A stretch of DNA of 64,000 bases from Candidatus Levyibacteriota bacterium. GTDB lineage: Bacteria; Patescibacteriota; Microgenomatia; Levybacterales; UBA12049. The stretch lies in NCBI GenBank assembly GCA_027459725.1, contig DAIDHK010000001.1:131411-195410 (forward strand), in the 5' to 3' direction. Positions 48,284-58,465 of the stretch are shown piece by piece. Each line of letters begins with the position of its first letter. Within the stretch, counting starts at the first letter, position 1. Below the pieces are notes generated by a model. It did not search any database. It was not told the origin of the DNA and worked only from the letters and a program-made list of their open reading frames with translations. A program made the position numbers and the translations under genes.

Positions 48284-49981
48284 TCATTTTCTCTTAAAAA
48301 CTCGATACAAATCCATTTGAGAAACATAAACTCTAGTAGGACGTCCATGTGGACACGTAGTATTATTGCTGGTTTTATTTAATTGTTCAAGCAATCTCTT
48401 CATCTCAGAATTAGATAACATGTCCCCAGCCATAATAGCTTGCCTACAGGATAGATATGCCAGTGTTTTGTGGGTTTGTATATCTGTTCTAAAACTTTTT
48501 TCTTTAGCTACTAATACATCATCTGTCCTGGTGAGTAGTTCTAAAATTAAATCTACATAATTCCTGTCTCGAAAAATCAAAGGTACTGCAGTTAAGAATA
48601 ATCTTGTCTTATTTGTTGAAAACGTAAAACCAAATCTCTTTAAAAAATCTCTTGAATCTGTCAATTTTTGCATCTCGACAAAGGGCAGGTCTAACTCTAC
48701 CGGAGCAGATAGAATAAATTGTTCTACTTTACTCTGCTCAAGAAGAAATGCTTTACTGAATTGTTCATACAAAATACGTTCATGTGCGGCATGCTGATCA
48801 ACCAAATAAAATCCTTTTTTTACAGGAAGTAAAATAAATGTTTTATCAATTTGTAATGGATCACCTTTTAACGCATTTTGCTCACTATCCCGTACCATCC
48901 AGGTATCTACATTTTCTTGCAAGAGTAGCCCCATGACAGAGTTAGTAGTTTTGTCTTTAGGGGAAAAAAGAAGATGCACATCTGAAGTAATTGTATACTT
49001 TTGGAGAGCCTGCTGAACTACTTGGGTTAACTCCTCAATTAAATTTTCTTTGTTAGCAATACCTACTTGCTCTTTACGTGGATGAATATTAACATCCACA
49101 AACTCAAAAGGAAGCTTAATAAAAATTATAAAATAAGGATATCTGTGAAACGGCAATAAACTCCCATATGCCAGTTTTATAGTTTTCTGCAGTTGAGTAT
49201 CAGTAATTTGACGTTCGTTAATATAAATTATTTCTTTATTAGAAGTAGATAAAGATTCCGTCGGTGGACTTATTAATCCTCTTATCTCAATAAATTGATC
49301 TTTATGACTAACTTGTATCATATTACTCATCTTGGAAACCGGAAAAAGTAAACTGATACGTTCTAATCTTTCTTTTGATTTATTCAGAATCAATATTTTT
49401 CTTTGATTATGATATAGAGAAAATCCAATTTTAGGATTACCTACTGCTGCAGATATCACTATATCTATTATATGTCCTAACTCTGTTCGTGCACTTTTTA
49501 AAAATTTTTTGCGGGCTGGTATTGTTTGAAACAAATTATTAATAATTACCGTCGTTCCTACTGGCATACCTAGCGGATTTATAGAGTTAACAACTCCATT
49601 TTTTAATTTTACTTCTGTTCCCACTAAACTAGATTCATCCCTACTTTGAATAACCAATTCCGACATAGCTGCCATACTAGCAAGTGCTTCACCCCTAAAA
49701 CCTAAAGAATTTATATTGCTTAAATCATCAACTTCATGTACTTTACTGGTAGTATGAATCTTAAATGATTCAAGCAGGTCATCTTTACTCATTCCATGTC
49801 CATTATCATGAACAATAATCTTTTTTAACCCGTTATTTTCTAAATAGATAGTTAAATTATCAGCTCCCGCATCTAAACTATTATCAATCAACTCTTTAAC
49901 AGCGTAAGCTGGTCTTTCAATCACTTCACCTGCAGCAATGCGTGAAATAACTTCAGGTGGTAAAAGTTTAATAGTTTTCAT
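48284..49981 (-). CDS. mutL: DNA mismatch repair protein MutL
   Basis: GHKL ATPase N-terminus (ELIDNSLDAGA...IVHDNGHGM) and C-terminal dimerisation domain. 565 aa. Confidence 0.9.
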   Translation of the reverse strand: MKTIKLLPPEVISRIAAGEVIERPAYAVKELIDNSLDAGADNLTIYLENNGLKKIIVHDNGHGMSKDDLLESFKIHTTSKVHEVDDLSNINSLGFRGEALASMAAMSELVIQSRDESSLVGTEVKLKNGVVNSINPLGMPVGTTVIINNLFQTIPARKKFLKSARTELGHIIDIVISAAVGNPKIGFSLYHNQRKILILNKSKERLERISLLFPVSKMSNMIQVSHKDQFIEIRGLISPPTESLSTSNKEIIYINERQITDTQLQKTIKLAYGSLLPFHRYPYFIIFIKLPFEFVDVNIHPRKEQVGIANKENLIEELTQVVQQALQKYTITSDVHLLFSPKDKTTNSVMGLLLQENVDTWMVRDSEQNALKGDPLQIDKTFILLPVKKGFYLVDQHAAHERILYEQFSKAFLLEQSKVEQFILSAPVELDLPFVEMQKLTDSRDFLKRFGFTFSTNKTRLFLTAVPLIFRDRNYVDLILELLTRTDDVLVAKEKSFRTDIQTHKTLAYLSCRQAIMAGDMLSNSEMKRLLEQLNKTSNNTTCPHGRPTRVYVSQMDLYRVFKRK

Positions 49982-50063
49982 CTCACCTACTGTAGCAAAA
50001 AATAATTAAGAAGCCAACAAAAATTCTGTTGATAAAACCTTTCTACGCTGTTGTCAGTCTAAA

Positions 50064-52691
50064 TTAATCTTTTTCAAAATAATTTTGTTTATTCTCCTGA
50101 TTAAATATTTTCTGGTGTTCTTTCAATTCAGCCAATTTATTCAGAGCTTCCAAAGGTGTCATTTGCGAAATATCAATTTCAGTCAACTCTTTACTAATTA
50201 AATGCTCAACAATAATTGTAGGTTGGGTCGGGAAGTTAATATTTCTTTGTATCTCACTTTTTGTTTCTAATTCGCTTAAAATTTTATTGGCGCTATTTAT
50301 AACTTCCTCTGGTACTCCAGCCAATTTAGCAACAGCAATTCCAAAGCTATGTGAAGCACTACCAGGCATTATCGTGTGTAAAAATATCGGCCCATCTGTT
50401 CCGTCCTCTGTAGCCATGAAATAATTGGAAATCAGTGTAGGATATTTTTCCGCTAAACCTTGCAACTCATGATAATGTGTGGCAAAGAGCGTCCTGGGAG
50501 GAGAAGAGAAATGAGTTACTAAATACTCAGCTACTGCGCTAGCAATACTAATACCATCATAGGTGCTCGTTCCTCTGCCTATCTCATCCATAATGATCAA
50601 GCTTTTACCAGTCGCCTGACGTAAGATATAAGCTGTTTCTGTCATCTCAACCATGAATGTAGATAATCCCTCGCCAATAACATCGGATGCTCCAGAACGA
50701 ACGAAGATTTTATCAACTAAAGACAGCTCTGCACTTTTAGCGGGAACAAAACTGCCTATTTGATTCATTAATACAATCAAAGCAATCTGGCGGATAAAAA
50801 CTGATTTACCTGCCATATTTGGACCGGTAATTATCCATAGTGACGGACTATCTTGGTCTAAAATCACACTATTAGGACAAAAACGCTGTTCGGCTAAAAG
50901 TGTCTCCACTACAGGATGTCGTCCTTGCGTAATAGAAAACTTTCCTTCCACAAACTGGGCTCTTATATACTGCCTTTTTTCGGCTAATTGAGCAAAGTTT
51001 ATCAGACAATCTAAAATGGCAATTTGTCTAGCCGCTTGTTGAATACTGTTTGTATACGATAAGACATATTCAAGTATTTGCCAGAATAAATTATATTCCA
51101 ACTCCGACATTTTTTCCTCAGCCGAAAGAATAATTGCTTCCTGTTTTTTTAGTTCTGGAGTAGTAAATCTTTCACCATTCACTAATGTCTGCTTACGGAA
51201 GTAACTTGAGGGTACTAAAGTGAGGTTGGCCTTACTCACTTCAATGTAGTAACCAAAAACTGAGTTATAACGGACTTTTAAGGAACCAATTCCTGTTCGA
51301 GTCCTCTCTGCATTTTCAAAATCATTTATCCACTTTTTAGATTTTGCAATAATTTCATGAAGTTTATCCAGTTCAGGACTGACTTCCTTTTGTATCATCT
51401 TCCCGATGCGCAAATCTATAGGAGGCTCGGGGACAATATTTGCATCTATATAAGGAATAAGTTTTGTTAAATCATCGCTTATAGATAAATTTATTTCTTT
51501 TAGTAAAGGCGATTTCGCCTGCTGTAAGAGCATTTTGAGCTCTAAAATTAATTGCAAAGCAAGTTTAAGATTAACTAAATCCCTGGCATTCCCTATGCGC
51601 ACACTTAAGCGTGAGAGTAAACGTTCTATATCAATAACTTCTTTTAATCTATCTGCTAACTTCTGTCTCAATTTAGAGTCTAGAAGAAGTTCATCAACTG
51701 CGTCATGGCGTGCATTAATTTTTTCTACACTATATAAAGGAGACGTAATCCACTGACGCAATAGTCTGCCTCCCATAGAAGTAATAGTTTCATCTAACAC
51801 AGACAATAGACTCCCTTTGAAATTATGTTCACGAATTGTCGAAAGAAGTTCAAGGTTCAAAATTGTTGAACGATCAAGCTGGACCGACTCTTCATCCACA
51901 ATCTCTTCGATCGTACGTATATGTACAACTTTTGTTTTCTGAGTTTGCTGTAAATATCCAATAAGAGTTGCTGCAACTTCCTGCAGTAATAAATTAGTCG
52001 CGATACTGAAGGCTTTCAGGCTGCCGACAGCAAAATGCTGTTGCAAAATGCTAGTCGCCTGATCAGCTATAAAATTCCATTCCTGAAAACAATTAATGTT
52101 TAAGTTATTTTGCCTGCGTAATAATCTAATAAAATCTACATTGTTATAAAGACTGGGTGAAAGAATACATTCTGAAGGCTGAAGCCTGGAAAGTTCGTTA
52201 AATAAAGTTGTTGCTAAATTAATAAATTTTACTTTCCTTACAGCAAAATAACCAGTCGATATATCAGCAATAGCTAAAGCAAGAACATCTTCAGATAAAG
52301 TTATACAAATAATATAGTTATTTTCTTTTTTCTCCAATGCTTTCTCATCAAGAATAGTTCCAGGAGTTACAACTCGTATAACATCCCTTTCTACTAGACC
52401 TCGTTTATTAGGAGGACTTAACTGCTCACATACAGCCACCTTGTAGCCCTCCTTAACTAGCTTGGTGAGGTAAGAATCAACTGCATGGAAAGGTATACCA
52501 GCCATGGGAATATTACCGTCTTTTCCACCTCTTTTATGAGTAAGAGTAATATTAAGAATTTTACTACCAATCAAAGCATCTTCGAGAAATAGCTCATAAA
52601 AGTCGCCCATGCGATATAAAAGTAAGCAATCTGTATATTGCTTTTTAATCTCCTCATACTGTTTCATCATTGGTGTTGAGAAAGACCGCAT
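50064..52691 (-). CDS. mutS: DNA mismatch repair protein MutS
   Basis: Mismatch-binding N-terminus, ABC ATPase TGPNMAGKS, ...DEIGRGTST. 875 aa. Confidence 0.9.
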   Translation of the reverse strand: MRSFSTPMMKQYEEIKKQYTDCLLLYRMGDFYELFLEDALIGSKILNITLTHKRGGKDGNIPMAGIPFHAVDSYLTKLVKEGYKVAVCEQLSPPNKRGLVERDVIRVVTPGTILDEKALEKKENNYIICITLSEDVLALAIADISTGYFAVRKVKFINLATTLFNELSRLQPSECILSPSLYNNVDFIRLLRRQNNLNINCFQEWNFIADQATSILQQHFAVGSLKAFSIATNLLLQEVAATLIGYLQQTQKTKVVHIRTIEEIVDEESVQLDRSTILNLELLSTIREHNFKGSLLSVLDETITSMGGRLLRQWITSPLYSVEKINARHDAVDELLLDSKLRQKLADRLKEVIDIERLLSRLSVRIGNARDLVNLKLALQLILELKMLLQQAKSPLLKEINLSISDDLTKLIPYIDANIVPEPPIDLRIGKMIQKEVSPELDKLHEIIAKSKKWINDFENAERTRTGIGSLKVRYNSVFGYYIEVSKANLTLVPSSYFRKQTLVNGERFTTPELKKQEAIILSAEEKMSELEYNLFWQILEYVLSYTNSIQQAARQIAILDCLINFAQLAEKRQYIRAQFVEGKFSITQGRHPVVETLLAEQRFCPNSVILDQDSPSLWIITGPNMAGKSVFIRQIALIVLMNQIGSFVPAKSAELSLVDKIFVRSGASDVIGEGLSTFMVEMTETAYILRQATGKSLIIMDEIGRGTSTYDGISIASAVAEYLVTHFSSPPRTLFATHYHELQGLAEKYPTLISNYFMATEDGTDGPIFLHTIMPGSASHSFGIAVAKLAGVPEEVINSANKILSELETKSEIQRNINFPTQPTIIVEHLISKELTEIDISQMTPLEALNKLAELKEHQKIFNQENKQNYFEKD

Positions 52692-52761
52692 AGATATATA
52701 TCTTAGGCCAAACTCACAGACATGTCCAACTTATAAATTGAGAATATTGTACAATGTAATT

Positions 52762-53208
52762 ATGGAAAACAGTATTGTCCCTACTGGTTATGTTCCGCAA
52801 CCTAATGCACTTACATGCCAAGTTTGTCATATCGTTGTCAGAAACAACTGGTATTTTTGTCCAAACTGTGGCAAGAAACTTAAGAACGCACCTCTCTCTA
52901 CCTCAGCATGGAAACAATTCCAACTTTATATATTGAGTATCTTTTTACCTCCTTTTGGTTTGATTCCAGGTATGAGATACTTATTTGATAAAAATGGTAA
53001 CGCGAAACTAGTAGGAACAATTTGTTTACTTCTAACTGTGCTGTCGAGTATATTAACTATCTGGATAACTATGGTACTTGTACAACAGATTAATATTGAA
53101 CTCAATCATGCACTTACCCCATTGCCAGGTTTACAATATAATCATGGTTCTTCGAATACTAATAACTCGATGAATTATACGAATAGTATTCTCAAAAGCC
53201 TGCAATAG
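52762..53208 (+). CDS. Zinc-ribbon (C-x2-C...C-x2-C) membrane protein
   Basis: MENSIVPTGY...CQVCH...CPNCGKK followed by two TM helices. The ORF track starts at 52609 inside mutS. I prefer the ATG at 52762. Confidence 0.45.
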   Translation: MENSIVPTGYVPQPNALTCQVCHIVVRNNWYFCPNCGKKLKNAPLSTSAWKQFQLYILSIFLPPFGLIPGMRYLFDKNGNAKLVGTICLLLTVLSSILTIWITMVLVQQINIELNHALTPLPGLQYNHGSSNTNNSMNYTNSILKSLQ

Positions 53209-53259
53209 ATATTCCCATCTAGAGAATGTCAATTCTAGTGAGAAGTATAAGATAGAAAG

Positions 53260-53739
53260 TTAGCGTTTTGGAGATTGCTTCTTGCGACGGGCTTTTCCAC
53301 CAGTACCAACTTTACGTCGTTCCCTAACACGAGCATCGTGAGTCAAAAAACCTTTGGATTTCAATACTGCACGATACTTTTTATCTTCAACTAAAGCTAA
53401 GGCATTAGAAATTCCACTGACTATCGCAGCTAGCTGCCCACTCAAACCACCACCGTCAACTTTTACAGTAAAAGTGTATTTATTAGCGGTGTTAGTTACT
53501 CGAAAAGGCTCAGAAAAAATATGACGTCGAATAGTATCGGCATATATTTCATTTATCAGCTTACCATTGACTAAAATATCACCTTTATTAATCAAGACGT
53601 TATCCCAGCTCAAACTATCCTTAACATGTTCATATAAACGAACACGTGCCACTGCTTCACGTCGACGACCTACTGCATAGATAAAATCCTGCTTTTTATC
53701 TTTTTCTGTTTTTTGAGTTGTAACTTGTGTGTCTGCCAT
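53260..53739 (-). CDS. rpsI: 30S ribosomal protein S9
   Basis: ...GGGLSGQ...KSKGFLTHDARVRERRKVGTGGKARRKKQSPKR, the S9 C-terminus. Confidence 0.9.
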   Translation of the reverse strand: MADTQVTTQKTEKDKKQDFIYAVGRRREAVARVRLYEHVKDSLSWDNVLINKGDILVNGKLINEIYADTIRRHIFSEPFRVTNTANKYTFTVKVDGGGLSGQLAAIVSGISNALALVEDKKYRAVLKSKGFLTHDARVRERRKVGTGGKARRKKQSPKR

Positions 53740-53747
53740 ATCTATAA

Positions 53748-54164
53748 TTAATTTGTTTTAAATTTGTCTGCAAATCGATGTTCGCTTCCGGCAAAAATAA
53801 ATAATCGCTTGAGCATCTTATCACGAAGTTTGCTTTCAGGCAACATACCTCTGACAGCTTTTTCTACAATTTCCTCCGGTTTACGTGCCCTTAATTCTTT
53901 GACAGTTTCAGATTTAAAACCTCCCGGATACATGGAATGTCTCGCATACGATTTTGCTGTTTCTTTCTTACCTGTTAATCTTACATTTTTTGCATTAACT
54001 ACCACTACATAATCCCCACAGTCCAAATTGCGAACAAAATAAGATTTAGATTTACCCATCAATAACTCTGCAATTTTAGTAGCTTGTCTGCCCAAAACCT
54101 GATCATTCACATCGATTAAATGCCAAGTTCTTTTAATATCATTAATTTTTGTTGCTGGTGTCAT
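53748..54164 (-). CDS. rplM: 50S ribosomal protein L13
   Basis: WHLIDVNDQVLGRQATKIAELLMGK..., the L13 N-terminus. 138 aa. Precedes rpsI. Confidence 0.9.
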   Translation of the reverse strand: MTPATKINDIKRTWHLIDVNDQVLGRQATKIAELLMGKSKSYFVRNLDCGDYVVVVNAKNVRLTGKKETAKSYARHSMYPGGFKSETVKELRARKPEEIVEKAVRGMLPESKLRDKMLKRLFIFAGSEHRFADKFKTN

Positions 54165-54166
54165 AA

Positions 54167-54685
54167 TTATTTAACCTCTTTCTTAGCCTTAGATGTTTTT
54201 TTCACTTTGGTAGATGTCTTTTTTGCAGAGGTTTTCTTAGCTTTTGCAGTGATTTGATTTGATTCTTTGCGAGTTAATTCTTTTTTATCCGTTTTAATTG
54301 TTTGGCTTTGATTTTTAAGATTCAAATTCTTACTCTCCGTCCATTCAATAAAAGCAGTTTGTGCGTTATCGTTAAAGCGACGACCTAACTTTATAATCCG
54401 AGTATAACCTCCCTGACGATCAGCAAAACGGGGACCCAAATCATCTATTAGCTTCATTACTGCAGTTGAGCTAACGAGTGGCTGTAACAAGATTCTAGCA
54501 TGTAATTTGTCATCATATTTGGCTTTGGTAATCAATTTATCAGCGTCTGATTTAATAGCTCTCGCTTTTTCTAAAGTTGTTTCAATTCTCTCATGTAAGA
54601 CAAGCTCTGATAGCAAACTCTTAAAGAGCGCTTTTCTCTCATTAACATCTCTTTTAAATTGTCTACCAAATACATTTTTTCGCAT
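54167..54685 (-). CDS. rplQ: 50S ribosomal protein L17 with Lys-rich C-terminal extension
   Basis: GRQFKRDVNERKALFKSLLSELVLHERIETT...YTRIIKLGRR. Confidence 0.9.
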   Translation of the reverse strand: MRKNVFGRQFKRDVNERKALFKSLLSELVLHERIETTLEKARAIKSDADKLITKAKYDDKLHARILLQPLVSSTAVMKLIDDLGPRFADRQGGYTRIIKLGRRFNDNAQTAFIEWTESKNLNLKNQSQTIKTDKKELTRKESNQITAKAKKTSAKKTSTKVKKTSKAKKEVK

Positions 54686-54697
54686 AAATATAAAAAA

Positions 54698-54810
54698 ATC
54701 CGAGTCTCAAAACCCGAAATACGAAACATTTCAAATAAAATTTCTTTTAAATTAAACCGACAGTTTGGAAATTATTATTTGTTTCGAATTTCGATATTCG
54801 AACTTCGGAT
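54698..54810. repeat. Imperfect palindromic intergenic element A (rpoA-rplQ spacer)
   Basis: Arms ATCCGAGTCTCAAAACCCGAAATACGAAACA (54698-54728) and TTTGTTTCGAATTTCGATATTCGAACTTCGGAT (54778-54810) are reverse-complementary at both ends (ATCCGA/TCGGAT, CGAAACA/TGTTTCG) around a roughly 50-nt centre. Shares the core TCAAAACCC(R)AAAT(R)C(R)AA with element B at 57549. Confidence 0.45.
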
Positions 54811-54813
54811 TTA

Positions 54814-55770
54814 TTAGATAGTTAAATTAATACCTTTTTGTTGCAATTTTTCTTCAATTACAGCAATTGATTTACCACCCATATTGCGCATAGAAGCAAG
54901 TTCTTTTCTCGGAGTTTGTAGTAATTGTTCCACCGTTTCAATTCCGCCATTGCGCAAACTATTATAAATTCTGGTAGGCAGATCTAATTCATCAATGGTC
55001 ATATTTAAAGAAGGCTGTGAGCCGGATACGGGAATTGCCGTTTCTACACTGGAATCAGCATCTGGTGAATATACCTGTGTAAATAATTGACTTAACGTCT
55101 TTGAAGCAAAATCGAGAGCTTCCCTAGGAGTAACACTACCGTTTGTCCAGATCTTCATGATTAACTTATCAAGATTTGTTTGGCGTCCCACACGAGTTGA
55201 TTCAACACTGTAGGTTACTCTTTTAACAGGAGAAAAAATAGCGTCTGTTGGAATGACACCAACTGAAGATACCTTACGTTCGTCTGCAGGGGAGAAACCA
55301 TATCCTCTTTCAACTATCATTTCCAATTCCAATTTGGCTTTTTCATTAGCCAATGAACCTAAATATTGATCTTTGTTTACAATTTCTACACCATCACTGA
55401 CATTAAGATCAGCAGACGTAACTTCTTTAGGACCCTTTACGGAGAGATTAATTGTTCCTGTTTCTCTATTCTCTGACAGTCGTACTTGCAGTTGTTTCAC
55501 ATTTAAAAGAAGATCAATAACATTTTCTTTCAATCCTGAAATAGTAGAGAAACGATGCTTAACTCCAGAGATTTTTACTGAAGTAACTGCTGCCCCAGGA
55601 ATTGAAATATACAAAACTCTTCGTAATGCGTTTCCCAGAGTATGTCCATATCCTGGCTGAAGCGGCTCTATCACAAACTCCCCAAAATCTTGAGTTGCCG
55701 TTAATTCTTTTACTGTAAATTTTAAATCTTCCATATCCTGTATTGTATCACTATCTTGAATAATATTCAA
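54814..55770 (-). CDS. rpoA: DNA-directed RNA polymerase subunit alpha
   Basis: ...FVIEPLQPGYGHTLGNALRRVL..., the alpha N-terminal-domain signature, plus C-terminal CTD. The start may be the internal ATG at 55734 (MEDLKF...), which removes the 20-nt overlap with rpsD. Confidence 0.9.
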   Translation of the reverse strand: MNIIQDSDTIQDMEDLKFTVKELTATQDFGEFVIEPLQPGYGHTLGNALRRVLYISIPGAAVTSVKISGVKHRFSTISGLKENVIDLLLNVKQLQVRLSENRETGTINLSVKGPKEVTSADLNVSDGVEIVNKDQYLGSLANEKAKLELEMIVERGYGFSPADERKVSSVGVIPTDAIFSPVKRVTYSVESTRVGRQTNLDKLIMKIWTNGSVTPREALDFASKTLSQLFTQVYSPDADSSVETAIPVSGSQPSLNMTIDELDLPTRIYNSLRNGGIETVEQLLQTPRKELASMRNMGGKSIAVIEEKLQQKGINLTI

Positions 55771-56353
55771 TAATCTGTTGAGTATTAAATGGCACTTCTA
55801 TATCTGCTCCTTTTGGCATGCGTAATAATTTGCCAGTGGTTGCTTGTCGTTCCAAAAACGGCAAGATATTGGGAGTGTCCTCTAATAGTTTAACAATTTG
55901 TGAATTTTTTTGCAACTTAGGACTTAAACTTACTACATCATCCACTTTAACCTGGTAAGATGGGATGGACAATTTTTCTCCGTTTACCAACACATGACCA
56001 TGTGAGACTAACTGACGAGACATATAACGACTAGAAGCAAATCCCAAGCGGTATACTACATTATCCAGTCTAGTTTCAAGTAATGAGAGTAACAATTCCC
56101 CCGTATCTCCTTTTTGAGTAGCAACTCTATCAACCAAGCCTTTAAATTGTTTTTCTAAAAGTCCGTAAATTGCCTTGGCTTTTTGCTTTTCACGCATCTG
56201 CAAACCATACTCTGACATCTTCTTCCTACGTTTTTTACCATGAACACCGGGCGGAACTGATAAACGTCGCAACAAACTATTGGAAGTTTTATCTAGTACA
56301 TTTATACCTTCTTTTCTTGCTAACTTATGTTTTGGTCCAGTATATCTTGCCAT
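55751..56353 (-). CDS. rpsD: 30S ribosomal protein S4
   Basis: MARYTGPKHKLARKEG... 200 aa. Confidence 0.9.
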   Translation of the reverse strand: MARYTGPKHKLARKEGINVLDKTSNSLLRRLSVPPGVHGKKRRKKMSEYGLQMREKQKAKAIYGLLEKQFKGLVDRVATQKGDTGELLLSLLETRLDNVVYRLGFASSRYMSRQLVSHGHVLVNGEKLSIPSYQVKVDDVVSLSPKLQKNSQIVKLLEDTPNILPFLERQATTGKLLRMPKGADIEVPFNTQQIIEYYSR

Positions 56354-56370
56354 ATTTTTAAAATCAAAAA

Positions 56371-56775
56371 CTATACACGTCTACGAACGGGCGGACGTGG
56401 TCCATTATGCGGAATTGGTGTAATATCCGCAATAGAATTAATTGACAATCCAGCAGCTTTAACTGCCCTTAAAGAAGAATCTCGACCAGAACCAGGTCCT
56501 TTGACAAACACATCCACCGTTTCCATACCTCTGTCAACAGCTTTTTTAGCAGCAATTTCCACAGCAGTAGAAGCGGCGAATGGAGTAGATTTACGTGTGC
56601 CCCGAAAACCAGCATTACCGGCAGAACTCCAGGAAACAGCATTGCCTTTATCATCGGTTATAGTAACTAAAGTATTGTTGAAAGTAGCCGTTACGAACAA
56701 TCTTCCGTGTTTAGACACGGTTTGAACTGTTTTTTTATTACTACTTGTTAATTTAGTTGTTTTTTTAGTTGCCAT
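56371..56775 (-). CDS. rpsK: 30S ribosomal protein S11
   Basis: ...[46 protein letters not shown]... Confidence 0.9.
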   Translation of the reverse strand: MATKKTTKLTSSNKKTVQTVSKHGRLFVTATFNNTLVTITDDKGNAVSWSSAGNAGFRGTRKSTPFAASTAVEIAAKKAVDRGMETVDVFVKGPGSGRDSSLRAVKAAGLSINSIADITPIPHNGPRPPVRRRV

Positions 56776-56778
56776 AGA

Positions 56779-57186
56779 TTATTTTGTTTTTGCTGCTGTC
56801 GCTGCCTCGATCTTGGCGGCTACTTCTTTCTTAATCGCTCCAATTGTCATTCTCTTACCACGCTTAGTTCTAGCATTCGAACGAGTTCTCTGTCCACGAA
56901 CTGGTAAATTTCTAGCATGTCTTAATCCCCGATAAGCACCAATATCACGCAAAGTTCTAATGTTGCCACTAACTTCCGCTCGTAAATCACCTTCTAATTT
57001 ATAGCTTTCTAAAACTTTGGTTAATTTTTTAACCTCATCTTCTGATAATACTTTGGCTCTAATGCTCCCATCAACTGAAGCAGCTGTCAAAATTTTTTTG
57101 ATATTACTCCTGCCTATCCCGTAAAGATAGGTTAAAGCTATATCAATTCTCTTATCATCAGGTATATTGGTGCCTAAAAATCTCAT
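56779..57186 (-). CDS. rpsM: 30S ribosomal protein S13
   Basis: MRFLGTNIPDDKRIDIALTYLYGIGRSN... Confidence 0.9.
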   Translation of the reverse strand: MRFLGTNIPDDKRIDIALTYLYGIGRSNIKKILTAASVDGSIRAKVLSEDEVKKLTKVLESYKLEGDLRAEVSGNIRTLRDIGAYRGLRHARNLPVRGQRTRSNARTKRGKRMTIGAIKKEVAAKIEAATAAKTK

Positions 57187-57196
57187 ATTTTAATAA

Positions 57197-57310
57197 TTAA
57201 CCCTGGCGTTGTTTATGCTTCGGAGTTGAACAAATAACCCGAACAACACCTTTACGTCTAATAATTTTACATTTCATACATCGTTTCTTTACACTTGCTT
57301 GTACTTTCAT
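57197..57310 (-). CDS. rpmJ: 50S ribosomal protein L36 (below the ORF-track size cutoff; found by hand)
   Basis: Minus-strand translation [37 protein letters not shown]. Zinc-ribbon C..C...C...H-type L36, in the expected position between infA and rpsM. Confidence 0.85.
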   Translation of the reverse strand: MKVQASVKKRCMKCKIIRRKGVVRVICSTPKHKQRQG

Positions 57311-57321
57311 CTTTAATCTCC

Positions 57322-57540
57322 TTATCTATAACGTAATATAATACGTCCTTTATTTAAATCATATGGCGTCATCTCAATCCTTACCCTATCGCCAGGAAGA
57401 ATTTTGATAAAATTCATTCTCAGTTTTCCCGATAGATGACATAAAACAATTGTTTTATCCTCTAACTCTACTCTAAACAATGTATTAGGCAGCGACTCTC
57501 GTACTACTCCGTCTTTCTCAAATGAACCTTGGTGAGCCAT
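57322..57540 (-). CDS. infA: Translation initiation factor IF-1
   Basis: ...[62 protein letters not shown]. 72 aa. Confidence 0.9.
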   Translation of the reverse strand: MAHQGSFEKDGVVRESLPNTLFRVELEDKTIVLCHLSGKLRMNFIKILPGDRVRIEMTPYDLNKGRIILRYR

Positions 57541-57548
57541 AAAAAAAA

Positions 57549-57652
57549 TTCAAAACCCAAAATGCAAATATCAAAATCTAATTCGCTAGTATACTGCGAG
57601 CAAACTTTTAATTTTGACTTGCAATTTTGCCTTTTGAATTTTGCATTTTGAA
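57549..57652. repeat. Imperfect palindromic intergenic element B (map-infA spacer), homologous to element A
   Basis: Left arm TTCAAAACCCAAAATGCAAATATCAAAATC (57549-57578). Right arm ATTTTGACTTGCAATTTTGCCTTTTGAATTTTGCATTTTGAA (57611-57652), whose reverse complement begins TTCAAAATGCAAAATTCAAAAGGCAAAAT.... Shares the TCAAAACCC(R)AAAT(R)C(R)AA core with element A. Confidence 0.45.
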
Positions 57653-57691
57653 CTTAGGATATTATAGCAAACACACTACGCAAGCGCAAGG

Positions 57692-58465
57692 CTAGGGAGT
57701 AAGTATTATTGGCTCCCCCCCTGTAATAGCGATGCTACGCTCAAAAACAGCAGACAATGACCCGTCTTTACTGACTATTGTCCAGTCATCTGTACCTAAA
57801 TAAACTACCTCTCCCTTGCCCATATTATATATTACCTCAACAGCTATCGTCATACCGGGTTTGAGCAATACAGTCCTTTCAATCGAACCTTCTAAGTATC
57901 CTGGCACTTCAGGATCTTCATGCAGCTCACGACCAACCCCATGGCCGATCAAACTGCGTACTACAGAATAACCGTTATCCTGTTCTACAATCTGTTGAAT
58001 AATCTTTGAAATGTTTCCGATATGATTACCAGCTTTTGCCTGTTTAATAGCCGCATTTAATGCCTTTTTACCGGTAGCTAAAAAATCATCAATCTGTAAC
58101 TCATTATTAATCTTGCCGCCCGCCGATTTAATTTTAACTGTCTCACACATATCTGTATGAAATCCACCGTAAAAAACACCCATATCAATATCTATAATAT
58201 CTCCGTCCTTGAGACGGTAATTGGTAGGAATGCCATGTACTACCACATCATTGGTACAAGCACAAATTGTATTATGATAACCGGGAACTTTCATGAAACC
58301 AGGTTCTCCTCCTTTTTCTCTTATCAGCTTCTCAGCCATTTCATCCAGTTCTAACTCAGAAACTCCGGGTTTGGCGGCCCGACATACTTCCCACATCACT
58401 TCTGAAAGTATTCTACCTCCAAGCTGCATAAGCTTAATCTGTTCAGGTGTCTTAATATCAATCAT
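57692..58465 (-). CDS. map: Methionine aminopeptidase type I
   Basis: ...GFHTDMCETV, ...HGVGRELHEDP metal-ligand motifs. 257 aa. Confidence 0.9.
   Translation of the reverse strand: MIDIKTPEQIKLMQLGGRILSEVMWEVCRAAKPGVSELELDEMAEKLIREKGGEPGFMKVPGYHNTICACTNDVVVHGIPTNYRLKDGDIIDIDMGVFYGGFHTDMCETVKIKSAGGKINNELQIDDFLATGKKALNAAIKQAKAGNHIGNISKIIQQIVEQDNGYSVVRSLIGHGVGRELHEDPEVPGYLEGSIERTVLLKPGMTIAVEVIYNMGKGEVVYLGTDDWTIVSKDGSLSAVFERSIAITGGEPIILTP

Noticed and set aside
52609-52761. ORF-track start of the zinc-ribbon membrane protein at 52609, overlapping the 5' end of mutS by about 80 nt.
   Set aside because: The extension comes from an alternative upstream start reading through the mutS start region. 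The ATG at 52762 gives a sensible N-terminus (MENSIVPTGY...) just after the mutS start, so the shorter gene was annotated.
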